Assembly (NCBI GenBank): GCA_000004985.1
Contig: GG738860.1
Source of the DNA: Naegleria gruberi
Lineage: Eukaryota
Length of the DNA: 64,000 nucleotides
Strand: one strand, 5' to 3'
In this document: piece by piece, positions 22,982 to 33,794 of the stretch
How the letters are laid out: each line of letters starts with the position of its first letter
Numbering within the stretch: the first letter of the stretch is position 1
The notes under the pieces: generated by a model
Seen by the model: the letters and a program-made list of their open reading frames with translations, nothing else
What the model was told of the DNA's origin: nothing
Database searches by the model: none
Program-made: the position numbers and the translations under genes

Positions 22982-23100
22982 GGCTACGGCCATATCACGA
23001 TGAATGCACCTCATCCCGTCCGATTTGAGAAGTTAAGCATCGTCGAGCCACATCAGTACTGAGGTTGGAGACAACTTGGGAACCTGTGGTGCTGTAGTCT
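22982..23100 (+). rRNA. 5S ribosomal RNA gene (copy 1)
   Basis: GGCTACGGCCATATCACGATGAATGCACCTCATCCCGTCCGATTTGAGAAGTTAAGCATCGTCGAGCCACATCAGTACTGAGGTTGGAGACAACTTGGGAACCTGTGGTGCTGTAGTCT is 119 nt. Helix I pairs 5' GGCTACGG with 3' CTGTAGTC. It is very similar to D. discoideum 5S (CATCCCGTTCGATCTGATAAGT...AGTACTCTGGTTGGAGACAAC...GGGTGCTGTATACT). A T5 run follows at 23114..23118, consistent with a Pol III terminator. Confidence 0.85.
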
Positions 23101-23617
23101 ATTTAAATTCAACTTTTTAGATGTCGATTTTCAGAACAATTTGAAAGTTCAATAAACTTGTGAATAATTAATGCTTCAAAGCTTATAAAAAGTTTAACCA
23201 CAATTATTAATAGATTTTAAATTAATTGAATACATAGAGAGATCAACATTCATCATTCCATAGCAATCACACTGCAATCCAACAACCAAAGGTATCAGCA
23301 AAAGGCAACTTATGGGTTAGGGTATTCGATTGCTGTGAAGTGGGTACACTAGCTCAGTTGTCTTTTTTTCTATTTCCCAATCAATGAGTGCTTTTGGAGT
23401 ATGTTGATACATTTATTATTTACAAACTTTTTTGTTACAAATTTCAATCGAAATGCCTGAGAAATTTTTTAAAATGAAAGTGCCCAATCATTGATTATTT
23501 TCTCTATGGTTTTAAGAAATGAAACTTTGAAAATTGAATCTTAGCTAGATTACATATAATTTATCATATAATGATAAAATTAAATGTCAAATATAGGAGA
23601 TGGAGTCAAAAATTAAT

Positions 23618-23688
23618 CTCGAGTGCCGGGAATTGAACCCGGGTCGCCAGAGTGACAGTCTGGAATGCTACCACTATACCACACCCGA
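23618..23688 (-). tRNA. tRNA-Asp (anticodon GUC), copy 1
   Basis: Minus strand: TCGGGTG TG GTAT AGTGGTA GCAT T CCAGA CTGTCAC TCTGG CGAC CCGGG TTCAATT CCCGG CACTCGA G. It has a 7-bp acceptor stem (one G-U), a perfect anticodon stem, U33, GTC anticodon, A37, and a T-arm with TTCAATT loop. One D-stem mismatch. A T5 run follows the 3' end. Confidence 0.8.
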
Positions 23689-24251
23689 TTTCACATGTTG
23701 TATCACCAGTAACAGTATTTGTAGTTGTTCAAACGGATTACCATAAAAGGAACCTTAGTGTTTCTTTTTAATATAATTATACTTACATATATGTATACCT
23801 ACTGAGAATGGATCCATACAATCGATTACTCCAACGAACTAAATTTTGAATCTGCTAATTGTCAACAAATGATATTGTTAAACAAAATACAAACACTATG
23901 AAATGCACAACTTCATTCTAAACATTGTATTAGAAAAATTGGAAATAGGAAAGAATCGGTAAAATTGTCTCATAGTGATTCTCTCTTGTTTATGGCCATA
24001 AATACTTTTTTGGACAGTTTCGTATGAAATTGGGTTTTGTAATATTTATTTTCTATGACATGTCATGCATAATTTCTTGTACTTGCCATCTCAATGGCAC
24101 ACAAGGGTCACAACAAATTTTTTCTTCAAGAGGCACCACCTCCTTCTTGCTTGTTATTTCCAAATTTAAACTATGCGTGCTGTCAATAAACTGAAAAGCA
24201 AATGTCAAATGTTTTCTCTTCATCGCTTAAAAAAACAAACACACAATAACA

Positions 24252-27200
24252 ATGGCAATTGGAATCTCGTTCATTCCTTTGGCTAGTTACACAATTTTGT
24301 GTATTATCATGCTAATTGTTGTTGGTGGTGGACATGTTTCGTCAACATTAGCTGAAGAAACTAAACCTTTCCCAGTAATGAGAATGTTTAATTTGAAAGC
24401 AAGCCATCATTCCACCTCCACAACAAGTGATGATTCCATCTCCATGGTTTTAGGAAAGATTAAACAACTTCCTTTCATCCCAACTACCATGCACCCATTC
24501 ACCAGCAATTCCCAATTGACCAAAGCAATCGCTTCAGATCCTTACGATTTGGCTGAATATCCTCACTATAAGAAAGTCTCTGAACAACAAGTTAGAAGCA
24601 TGTACTCTAATATTGTCAATAGCAAAGCATCTAAAAGAAGTATCAAGAAAAATCTTGACATGTTGGTTACAGAAAGTGTTGATTATGTCAACTTGAATGA
24701 TGTTTCTCGTTTTTCAGCAATGGGATCTTTGCATAGATATTCTGTTGATGCAAATGTTTTATCAGGTGTTGCTTCATTGGATTATGAGCAAAATGTATGG
24801 GATGTCACATGTTCTGTCCTGTCAGATGAACAAACTGAAATTGTTGTTGATTTTGCAAATGGTCATACAACTGCCATGAAATGGGTACCAGGTACAAGAA
24901 TTATCATTGGAAAGCAATGGAATTGTTATGGTGATTTGACTGATCAACTTTACAATAAGGATCAAGCAAGATTTTACTTGATTTTGACAAGATCTATTAT
25001 CGTAACAGATGAAAACATGTTGAGAATTAAATTCCTCACACAACCACTCACCTTCTCTCAATTATTTATGAATGGTAGAGTTGAATATTCTTCCACACCT
25101 CTCTTGACAGAATCTTTGGACGAAACTAATGTTTTCACTCAAGGTGCATCTTCAAGAAGTCTCAGATCAAGAAAGGCACAATTTTCTTACACTAAAAGAA
25201 TGGCAGCATTCAATTTCAATTACAATGATGCAACTGGTCAACCTGTCAATGATGAAGTTACCATGTATGATCAGGATGGTTTGAAAATTATTTGTGAAAA
25301 GTGTTATGCTTATTTGAATACCGAATTCAGAGTAGAATTTGAGTTTTCATGGACTCAATTACAAGTTACCAAGGCAGAAGCATCTGTCGGTGGTCAATGG
25401 AAGGCAACTGCCAATGTCAAGGCCAGTATTACAAAATCTTTCCAAAAAAAGATTGGTCCAAACACTATTATTCAAACTCCACCAATTGGTTTGACATTCT
25501 TCATTTGGGTAATTCCAGTTTATGTAGATTTCACTCCAAAACTTCAATATTCCTTCAATTTCCAATTGACTGGTACTTTGGAATATTCCAGAAAGTTTGA
25601 TATGGCCTATGAGAAGTATATTGGTTTCTCATATACACCAGAAGCAGGTTATAATAAGGTTACTAGAGGTGATGATGCCATTTCCTTCACAAGTTCTTCA
25701 CCTGGTCTTCGTATTGAGCTCGATGGGTCAATTGAGGTTGCACTCATTCCAGCATTGGATATTACTTTCTATAAATTGGCAACAGTTTCGATTGGAATTG
25801 TGCCATCTTTGAAAGCAGATTTACATGCAGAAGGTATCATTTCCTCACTTGATAATTACAAGGCATTCGTTAGTGTCAAATGTTCTTACAAGATTGGTTT
25901 GACATTTGATGTTTTAATCAAGAACTTTGAATTTACTTTATTAGATTATCAACCAATTGAAAAATTGAGTGGAACCTATTCCATCCAATCAGCATCCTAC
26001 AAGGCAATCAATCCAAATGATCAAATCTATTCCAAAGATAATTTACTCCCAACCATTCCAGACACAGCAACAACTTCCAACACCATGTTCTCATTCGAAA
26101 TTAGTGGATTGACAGGTAATTACTACATGGAATATCAATATCAAGATATCAAATTGAGCCCATTGCTATACAGAACTGCACCAACTCAATCCTGTGTTTC
26201 AGGTTCTGTCTGTAAAATTGCCGAATTGAAACCTGACTTTAGTTATTCCTATCTTTACTTTAGATTTTTGAAGGATGTTCCATTGTGGTTTGATGATACT
26301 GTATTGGTGGATTATATTGAGCAGAAGAATTATGTTACTACTCAATCGAGTCAAACCATATTTGGTAATACTAATGCTAAAGTTATTGTAAAGCCAACTG
26401 ATTTGACAATTTCATTTTCGAATACTCCAACTAATTCGTTTAAATTACCAACTGGTATTAGTACTATTAATGTAAAATTATCTCCAATCAATAGTTTGTA
26501 TTACATTTCATTTACAACAGATAGTGCCATTTCCATCACAAACGTTGCCATGCAATTTAGCTCAGATTCGAATGGTTTCCATTATGCTTTCAATGGAACT
26601 CTTCCTGGAGGTACAATTTTAATTTCAAATTCTGTTTCTGACAATAATTTGAAATTCCATCAATATTTCTCATTTGATTTGACAAAGGAGAAACAAACTT
26701 TAACTCCGGCACCAACTCCTATTACAAGTATGAATGCTATTAGTTCATTCCTACAAGTGGTAAAGAAGAATTCTCCAAGATATGCCGTCTCTGCAAAGAT
26801 TAAAGGTAATTTCGTTGTCATGATCTTTGAAGGTTGGGACAATGGAGTTTCTTTCGTTCAAACTAAAGGAAGAAAGTTTAGTCAAACCTCAATTCCTATT
26901 AAGAATGGAAATGTCACTCTCACTGAGCCATTATCTTATTACTGGACTATTTCCATGGAAAATGACTTTGGTTCATCGAGTCATTACATTGCAGCTCAAT
27001 TCCTTCCTGTTGATTCGTATGGTTTCATATTGGAAAGTGTCAAGATTGATCCATATACTGAATTGAGTGTTTCAAGTTCTAATACTTTGGAGGATGTAGA
27101 CAATGCCATTATTAATCAAGTTTCTAGCGTTAATTTGTATCCTTACATGGCAGTTTCTAGACCAGATTCGAATAGTTTCACTGCCAGATTAGGTAACTCT

Positions 27201-28610
27201 GTATTTGATGTTTTTAACAATTTAAAGTCTCAAATCTCACTTTCCATTCAAAAATCTGCTCGTATCCCCATTGACAATTCCTATCTCAACGCCGACGGCT
27301 CATTAGCTCTTTCACTTTCCTCCTCAGCCAACGTTACAATCTTTAACAATTACAAATTATTGAATGGTATGGCATCTGTTGGAAAGAAATTCGAAAGTGC
27401 ACTTTCATTTGCAGTTTCATGTGATACCTTATTGAGTGTTATTGGTGATTTGAGTAGATCTGGTGATATTTTCATTAGAATTTTGGATGGGTTGACCAAT
27501 AGAGCTCTTGAAAATAGAGGATTTTCCATTAGTTTGGAATTGGCAAAACCAAACTCTGATATAGTTTCAATTCATATGGTTAATTCCAAATCTGGTTTGA
27601 ATGAGGCATTGTTTAATGTTGATTCACCTTCTAAAATCTTGAGTTCATGCAATTCGAATCCAACCTATTATGTCAGAGTTATTCTCACACGTTTGGATGT
27701 TTCTCTCTCAAGTAAGACAGTTCAAGTAGAATTCTCGTTCAGTAAGAAGGTTCTTAGCACTCTCCCACAAACAAGAAGTATTCTATCCGAATCCATTGAT
27801 CCAAAGACGAAAGGTATTTCCATTTTGGATTTGAGTGATTTAATTCAAAAAGAAAAGAGTTTGGGAAGTATTGGTATTGTATTGCAAGCTAATACTCAAA
27901 ACTGCAATATTGACATGTATATTAATAGTAATAATGCAAGTGCTCCTCCATCTTTCTTTGATCCAGCAACAATATTCGATTCCACTTCAAGAAATTCCCT
28001 CACTTATGAAGCATTGCCAATTTCCTTCCTTTCTTCATATGGTTCCAGTGTCATGCTTTATTCTGAAAGTGCATGTACTTTTGATTTATCCTATTCTCAA
28101 TTGAAACTTACCTATTTGACAATGAAATTTATAGATTTGAAGGGAAGTGCAGTTGATAGTGTGATTTTCTATTCAAACACCTCAACAACCATTCAATTAC
28201 TTATCAATGATGAAAATCATTCATTCGAAAAGACTTGGGTAACTTCACTTCAATCAAATCCATCATTGATTTTCTCAATTTTCAAATCTACAAAGAAATC
28301 AGATGGAACAGCAGCTAAATTGAGTGATTATTTCAAGAGTGCTGTTTGTAATTTAGTTAATGCTCAAACTCTTCAATTCGAAATGATTCCAAAGAGTGGA
28401 GTTGTCTTTACCAATATTTTATCAATTGAATTCAATGCTCAAAATTCAATGTTCACATCAAGATATAATTTGAGATCATCAAATGTTGTTAGTTTGGGAG
28501 AGAATGTTCAACCTATTGTTTACAAATCTACATCTTCTGGTCAACCAAAGGGAGGACAATCTGGAAGAATGAATGGAGGAAATGGCTTGAATTTGTTGTT
28601 GGTTTGTTAA
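24252..28610 (+). CDS. Large secreted or surface protein of unknown function (1452 aa; signal peptide, S/T/N-rich, possible GPI-type C-terminus)
   Basis: Single uninterrupted 4.36-kb ORF. N-terminal signal peptide or anchor: MAIGISFIPLASYTILCIIMLIVVGGGHVSS. It is rich in predicted beta-strand-like alternating segments with many N-x-S/T sites. It ends ...GQPKGGQSGRMNGGNGLNLLLVC, a short hydrophobic tail after a Gly/Ser-rich stretch. No known domain was recognised by eye. Its 5' flank is the shared 5S/tRNA repeat. Confidence 0.6.
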   Translation: MAIGISFIPLASYTILCIIMLIVVGGGHVSSTLAEETKPFPVMRMFNLKASHHSTSTTSDDSISMVLGKIKQLPFIPTTMHPFTSNSQLTKAIASDPYDLAEYPHYKKVSEQQVRSMYSNIVNSKASKRSIKKNLDMLVTESVDYVNLNDVSRFSAMGSLHRYSVDANVLSGVASLDYEQNVWDVTCSVLSDEQTEIVVDFANGHTTAMKWVPGTRIIIGKQWNCYGDLTDQLYNKDQARFYLILTRSIIVTDENMLRIKFLTQPLTFSQLFMNGRVEYSSTPLLTESLDETNVFTQGASSRSLRSRKAQFSYTKRMAAFNFNYNDATGQPVNDEVTMYDQDGLKIICEKCYAYLNTEFRVEFEFSWTQLQVTKAEASVGGQWKATANVKASITKSFQKKIGPNTIIQTPPIGLTFFIWVIPVYVDFTPKLQYSFNFQLTGTLEYSRKFDMAYEKYIGFSYTPEAGYNKVTRGDDAISFTSSSPGLRIELDGSIEVALIPALDITFYKLATVSIGIVPSLKADLHAEGIISSLDNYKAFVSVKCSYKIGLTFDVLIKNFEFTLLDYQPIEKLSGTYSIQSASYKAINPNDQIYSKDNLLPTIPDTATTSNTMFSFEISGLTGNYYMEYQYQDIKLSPLLYRTAPTQSCVSGSVCKIAELKPDFSYSYLYFRFLKDVPLWFDDTVLVDYIEQKNYVTTQSSQTIFGNTNAKVIVKPTDLTISFSNTPTNSFKLPTGISTINVKLSPINSLYYISFTTDSAISITNVAMQFSSDSNGFHYAFNGTLPGGTILISNSVSDNNLKFHQYFSFDLTKEKQTLTPAPTPITSMNAISSFLQVVKKNSPRYAVSAKIKGNFVVMIFEGWDNGVSFVQTKGRKFSQTSIPIKNGNVTLTEPLSYYWTISMENDFGSSSHYIAAQFLPVDSYGFILESVKIDPYTELSVSSSNTLEDVDNAIINQVSSVNLYPYMAVSRPDSNSFTARLGNSVFDVFNNLKSQISLSIQKSARIPIDNSYLNADGSLALSLSSSANVTIFNNYKLLNGMASVGKKFESALSFAVSCDTLLSVIGDLSRSGDIFIRILDGLTNRALENRGFSISLELAKPNSDIVSIHMVNSKSGLNEALFNVDSPSKILSSCNSNPTYYVRVILTRLDVSLSSKTVQVEFSFSKKVLSTLPQTRSILSESIDPKTKGISILDLSDLIQKEKSLGSIGIVLQANTQNCNIDMYINSNNASAPPSFFDPATIFDSTSRNSLTYEALPISFLSSYGSSVMLYSESACTFDLSYSQLKLTYLTMKFIDLKGSAVDSVIFYSNTSTTIQLLINDENHSFEKTWVTSLQSNPSLIFSIFKSTKKSDGTAAKLSDYFKSAVCNLVNAQTLQFEMIPKSGVVFTNILSIEFNAQNSMFTSRYNLRSSNVVSLGENVQPIVYKSTSSGQPKGGQSGRMNGGNGLNLLLVC

Positions 28611-28789
28611 TGACAATCTTGTTGAATATTGTTTTATTGTTGTAATTGAATAAAAACTTCATCTATTCATTGAATGATCATTGTGTATTAATGAATAATA
28701 ATAATTAATATTGAATTTAAATTGAAACACGGAAATGAAATTCTAAGATAGTAATTCCGAATACAAAAACAAAGAAAGACAAAACAAAA

Positions 28790-28870
28790 CGTTGAGGATG
28801 GGATTCGAACCCACGCGGATTACTCCACCAACTTAGCAGGCTGGCGCCTTAACCACTCGGCCACCTCAAC
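28790..28870 (-). tRNA. tRNA-Ser (anticodon GCU), class II with long variable arm
   Basis: Minus strand: GTTGAGG TG GCCGAGTGGTTAAGGC G CCAGC CTGCTAA GTTGG TGGAGTAATCCGCG TGGGTTCGAATCCCATCCTCAAC G. It has a 7-bp acceptor stem, GCT anticodon with U33 and A37, and a T-arm identical to eukaryotic tRNA-Ser. It is followed by TTTT. Confidence 0.85.
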
Positions 28871-29154
28871 TTCATGGCTAAACTAAGAAAATACTAAAGT
28901 CATGGTACGACAATCAAACCCTTAATGAACAGCTTCTTTTTCGTATCAACTGTTGAGGTGTTATTGGTTAGATTGTTTAATTGTTCAATACTGATTTAAG
29001 CTGTTTCTTAGGAGTATCACTTATCTTTCATTTGGTGGCCAAAGAATCTGTGTTCAACATACTGCTATAGATTAGATTCAGCCATTCAAATTTCAACAAA
29101 AGAAAGTATTGATTGATACCTCCGATTTCAGATAATATTTAATAAATTGCTGTT

Positions 29155-29820
29155 TTATTGAAGAACCTTCCCACAAGTCAACATGGAATGATCTTTACAA
29201 ACATTAGTTCGTCCATTCAAACTATACGTAAAACTATTAGCACTGCAACTTTCATCCTTCAAATAATAAGACCTTGTCCAAGTTGTTTGATTGCAGGAAA
29301 CCCTTTCGAATTCCTTTCCAGTAACTTGTTCACAATAATTTACATCTTCTCCAGCAATTGAAACCAAATTCCCAGAACAACTATTCTCTGCATCTATATA
29401 TTCAAATGAATAGGTGTACAATAAAGGAACTACAAGTTGTGGAATATTTCCACATCCGACATTTTGCATTCCACATTCATTCTTGTGAAATTTCCAATCG
29501 TAGACAGCATCACAATATTGGCAGTTACTGTCTACACAGTATGTATAGATGGTGGCTGAATCCTTTCCACAAACTGCCTTCATGTATTTGAAATGGGATG
29601 AGCTTTCAAAGTTTTGGAAACAAGTTCCATTTTGTCCATAAACAGGATAGATTTCAATAGCTGAAATAGATTGTTGATTGCATGAATTATCATGGTAGTA
29701 GATGGAGTAGGCGAAAGTGGTTGGTTTTTCGAGGGGTTGTTTTGCATGCAAGAAGGAAATGATTGCAAGAATGATGAAGAAGGTACAGAGGGAATAGTTT
29801 AGTTTCATCATTTTTTTCAA
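29155..29820 (-). CDS. Secreted cysteine-rich protein (221 aa, ~20 Cys), unknown family
   Basis: Signal peptide MKKMMKLNYSLCTFFIILAIISFLHA followed by a Cys-rich mature region (CNQQ...CFQNF...CGKDSATIYTYCVDSNCQYCD...CGMQNVGCGN...). Single ORF. Antisense small ORFs were rejected. Confidence 0.5.
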   Translation of the reverse strand: MKKMMKLNYSLCTFFIILAIISFLHAKQPLEKPTTFAYSIYYHDNSCNQQSISAIEIYPVYGQNGTCFQNFESSSHFKYMKAVCGKDSATIYTYCVDSNCQYCDAVYDWKFHKNECGMQNVGCGNIPQLVVPLLYTYSFEYIDAENSCSGNLVSIAGEDVNYCEQVTGKEFERVSCNQTTWTRSYYLKDESCSANSFTYSLNGRTNVCKDHSMLTCGKVLQ

Positions 29821-30569
29821 GTACTGATGTTCATCTACGCCAAATTAGCAAATATGTGTTCGAATGCCAAATCATGTCCTTCCTTATCATCTCCGTAGAA
29901 GAAGAGGTGTTTTGAAATAATGTCCATGCACAACCACATAGTGGTTCTATTTACGACGAATACCAAGCTTCTTTAACGAATATCCTTGCGAAGAGAAAGT
30001 TATAAATATTACAATACATCATCGCTTCAAAGGGGTTGTGCTTGCTGATATTGAATGATGTTGTATTATTGTCTTGTTGTTGTTACTCCGTTCATTGTCC
30101 ACAGTCAGGAAAAGTATTATAAATTTTTTTCTATATTATTAAATTATTATTTTGACAAAGAGGAGCAAGCAGGAACGAAACAAAACCAACAAAATGTATT
30201 CAATTTAATTGTTCAGGGTAAAGAAGAAAGAAAATTACTTGATATTGATTTTGACTTTTTTATTTAAATGTTTTTGGATTTTTAATTTTTTAAACAAGTC
30301 ACTCTTCTAGGATTATGTAAATATCAAGTTATTGTTGTTAGACTTGATAAATCCGAGAATCATCATTGGACCTGTTCTTTCAAAGTATGAGTAAATATAT
30401 CTTGAATAGTAACTACATGTTGTGTTAAAATTTGTATAAAAACTCTACAAGTGCTTTCGCAAAGTAATCTTAAACTGTACCAGTGATATGTGAAATGAAA
30501 TGGTTAATCAACAAAGATTGTGATCAGTTTCAACACAATCTTCTCCGCATCATTTCTCTAGTTTGATGT

Positions 30570-31334
30570 TTAAGCATTGGTCAATCTAGTCTTCAAGACA
30601 CGATCTTCCAAACAAACACAAAAGCTTGGAATATTGACAGTCTTTGGAAGTGGGCTGTTAATAGCAAAACAATCCCAATCATCTTCTTCTCTATCTTCAT
30701 CATTTACCAATTCAACTTCAATTTCATCACCTCTGACAGCAATAACTTTACCCAATTTACCTTGTAATTGTGGATCGACACTTTGGAGTAAAGCCATTTC
30801 ATCATCAACATTGATGAGGACTGTATCATTCTTCTTGAGTAATCTGCTTGTATTAGTATTAGAAACAAATCTCTTAATAGTTGATGATGAAGAAATAATT
30901 GAAGCACTTCTTGTAGATTGCATCTTCTTTTGCTTGTGAATACCTCTTGCTGTTGTATTATTTGATGATTGCATCATGGACATGAAGGAAATTCCCTGAT
31001 GTGGTTTATAAGATGAGGAGTACATATCCATTGAGGAATCATTATTATTCATCATTTGGTTACCAGTGGCATTAACTCTTTTCAAGAACATTTTGTATTG
31101 CGTTGTTGTTGGTTGCGTTGTTTTTTTTCGATGTGAAAATGTCTGATCGTTTTCCATAAATTTATTGCGTTTGTGCAAGTTCCACAAGCAACTGGCTTCC
31201 GCTGCGTGTTCAAAATCGAGCTTAAAATAGAACTTCAAAAATGTTTTGCTGCATACGGAATTCGTTTGGGCGCCAAAGAATTTGATGAGTGTGGAAAAAG
31301 GATTCCGTGAGAGTGAATCTTTTCTGCAAATCAA
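30570..31334 (-). CDS. Hypothetical protein (S/N/T-rich, acidic C-terminal beta-barrel-like segment); start codon uncertain (internal Mets at MENDQ / MFLKRV possible)
   Basis: 254-aa minus ORF. The C-terminal segment LINVDDEMALLQSVDPQLQGKLGKVIAVRGDEIEVELVNDEDREEDDWDCF looks globular. The remainder is low complexity. No family was assigned. Confidence 0.35.
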   Translation of the reverse strand: MICRKDSLSRNPFSTLIKFFGAQTNSVCSKTFLKFYFKLDFEHAAEASCLWNLHKRNKFMENDQTFSHRKKTTQPTTTQYKMFLKRVNATGNQMMNNNDSSMDMYSSSYKPHQGISFMSMMQSSNNTTARGIHKQKKMQSTRSASIISSSSTIKRFVSNTNTSRLLKKNDTVLINVDDEMALLQSVDPQLQGKLGKVIAVRGDEIEVELVNDEDREEDDWDCFAINSPLPKTVNIPSFCVCLEDRVLKTRLTNA

Positions 31335-31835
31335 AAAGATTGATCATCAATCTTTATGAAGCTATTACAATAATTGATTGTATTATCATTATTCAAATGA
31401 TCAACCACAAAAGATACAGTAAAGGTACCATTCCGAATATCACGACTATATGATTTGGTAAAGGTAGAGATGACTGATAGTTGAACAGCTTTCCATCTCA
31501 ACTGAAATTATCGGAAATTAATCTTCATCCAACAACATTCAATAATATTATTATTGAAAACAGTCTGCTTCATCCACTTTGAAATTAATAGAAACAACTT
31601 CTTCTACAACATTCAATATAATATTGAAAACAGCACTGCTTCATTGCCTTACTTGGTTTGGCTTCATTATAAACGCACTTTTCATTCCCTCACTAGAACT
31701 AGGGCTTTAAGGATTAGAACAGTACAACTATGGTTCATTGTTCGTGTCTCCTCTCCCTAACCTCAATAATGCAGGAATAATAATCCAACAACCAGAAGGA
31801 TAGAACATCAAGAGAAAAAAAGCTTTTGAGAAGAG

Positions 31836-33029
31836 ATGAATTATCTCCTTCAGGGATTTTCAGAAAAATCTTCATCTACTAACCAATCAATAATGAAAAA
31901 CAAGTCAAGAAAGGGGTGGAGCAATGCACTGTTCCTCCTTAACTACTTTATCATCATGATGATAATTTTACAAATATCAACCAATTACTACTGTTTGGCC
32001 ATTCCGAATGACAAGAACAAAACCCCTACATGTAAGAATGGAAGGCTTATTACAAATACCACTACTCCTCAACAATTTGCCTCAACCAAATGTTCATGTT
32101 TTAAGGGATATTCGGGAAGTGATTGTAACATACCAGTTTGTTTTGGATTGAAGGCAAGTTCAAAATCTGTATGTGGTGGCAAAGGTAACTCCAAATGTAT
32201 TGCTCCAGATACATGCATTAAAATCAATGAAGCAACAATCATGAAGCGATTTCAATCCAATGCTAAAGAGGACAGTTCATGTTCCAATCGTGGTCAAATG
32301 AGTAATGGTCAATGCATATGTAGTGAGGGATTCTATGGAGAATCTTGCGAATATTCTAATTGTTATGATACAGCTAGCCAGCTCACTTGTAGTGGAAGAG
32401 GAGAATGCTCCTCTGATAATATTTGCACTTGTAGAGAGAATGATATGTTTGGCGATAGATGTCAATACACACTCCCAGATAAGATTTATCAAAATGATGT
32501 TTGTGGGTCATGTATCATTGTGGCTGGTGTCAGTGGAGATGCTATTCCATCGAAGTATTCACTCTTGAACAATCCTACTGGACTATTTGTGGATGAAACA
32601 ACTGGTTTCATCTTTTTCGCAGATCAAGGCAATGCAAAGGCAAGAGTTCTCACAAGGGATGATACTATCTATTCGATTGCCTCTGTTTCCACACCAACTA
32701 GTATAGCATTCGATAAGAAAACAAGAGATGTCTATATTGGTACTAGAAATGGACTATTCAAATTGAACAGCAAGAGAGAACTCTCTAAATTGAACAGCTT
32801 GTATTGTAGCAGTGTCATTGTTAATGGTCAGGGACATGTTGTGTTTACACAGGGACCATATAACAAGATTTCAAAACTTGTAAATGGTGTGCAAGTTGAG
32901 GTGGCAGGGGATAATGACGGCGAAGGAAAATATGATGGTGACAACAAAGTGGCAACGGATGCAAGTGTCAACAATCCAGCTTATTTGAGCTACCATGCTG
33001 ACTCTGATACAATTTACTTTATGGACAGA
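31836..33029 (+). CDS. N-terminal fragment of a receptor-like protein: signal peptide, tenascin-type EGF-like Cys repeats, start of an NHL-repeat beta-propeller; truncated by assembly gap. Probably the 5' part of the receptor kinase resuming at 43232
   Basis: Begins MNYLLQGF..., with a hydrophobic signal or anchor (WSNALFLLNYFIIMMIILQISTNYYCLA). EGF-like modules follow (CSCFKGYSGSDCNIPVCFG..., CICSEGFYGESCEYSNCYD...CTCRENDMFGDRCQ). NHL-like blades come next (LLNNPTGLFVDETTGFIFFADQGNAKARVL...NNPAYLSYHADSDTIYFMDR). The frame is then cut by the 50-N gap at 33030. Confidence 0.6.
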
Positions 33030-33079
33030 NNNNNNNNNNNNNNNNNNNNNNNNNNNNNNNNNNNNNNNNNNNNNNNNNN
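33030..33079. other. Assembly gap (50 N)
   Basis: A run of exactly 50 N separates the receptor gene fragment from the second 5S/tRNA unit. Confidence 1.
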
Positions 33080-33087
33080 AACTGAAT

Positions 33088-33206
33088 GGCTACGGCCATA
33101 TCACGATGAATGCACCTCATCCCGTCCGATTTGAGAAGTTAAGCATCGTCGAGCCACATCAGTACTGAGGTTGGAGACAACTTGGGAACCTGTGGTGCTG
33201 TAGTCT
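33088..33206 (+). rRNA. 5S ribosomal RNA gene (copy 2)
   Basis: Identical to 22982..23100 (offset 10106 bp). Confidence 0.85.
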
Positions 33207-33723
33207 ATTTAAATTCAACTTTTTAGATGTCGATTTTCAGAACAATTTGAAAGTTCAATAAACTTGTGAATAATTAATGCTTCAAAGCTTATAAAAAGTT
33301 TAACCACAATTATTAATAGATTTTAAATTAATTGAATACATAGAGAGATCAACATTCATCATTCCATAGCAATCACACTGCAATCCAACAACCAAAGGTA
33401 TCAGCAAAAGGCAACTTATGGGTTAGGGTATTCGATTGCTGTGAAGTGGGTACACTAGCTCAGTTGTCTTTTTTTCTATTTCCCAATCAATGAGTGCTTT
33501 TGGAGTATGTTGATACATTTATTATTTACAAACTTTTTTGTTACAAATTTCAATCGAAATGCCTGAGAAATTTTTTAAAATGAAAGTGCCCAATCATTGA
33601 TTATTTTCTCTATGGTTTTAAGAAATGAAACTTTGAAAATTGAATCTTAGCTAGATTACATATAATTTATCATATAATGATAAAATTAAATGTCAAATAT
33701 AGGAGATGGAGTCAAAAATTAAT

Positions 33724-33794
33724 CTCGAGTGCCGGGAATTGAACCCGGGTCGCCAGAGTGACAGTCTGGAATGCTACCACTATACCACACCCGA
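33724..33794 (-). tRNA. tRNA-Asp (anticodon GUC), copy 2
   Basis: Identical to 23618..23688. Confidence 0.8.

Larger units (their letters stand above)
22974..24143 (+). repeat. Copy 1 of a 1.18-kb unit containing a 5S rRNA gene and a tRNA-Asp gene; identical to 33080..34261
   Basis: Direct comparison shows 22974..24143 is identical base for base to 33080..34249, apart from one N in copy 2. The left limit is set by the gap before copy 2 and the right limit by the 8970-N gap, so the true unit may be longer. Confidence 0.9.

Noticed and set aside
23618-23688. Considered calling tRNA-Asp a pseudogene because of one A-C mismatch in the D-stem
   Set aside because: All other stems, the anticodon loop (U33, GUC, A37), T-loop, acceptor stem and the downstream T-run terminator are canonical. 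A single D-stem mismatch is tolerated in functional tRNAs.
31554-31760. 68-aa ORF between the 30570 gene and the receptor gene
   Set aside because: AT-rich intergenic or promoter region, with no coding-like composition.
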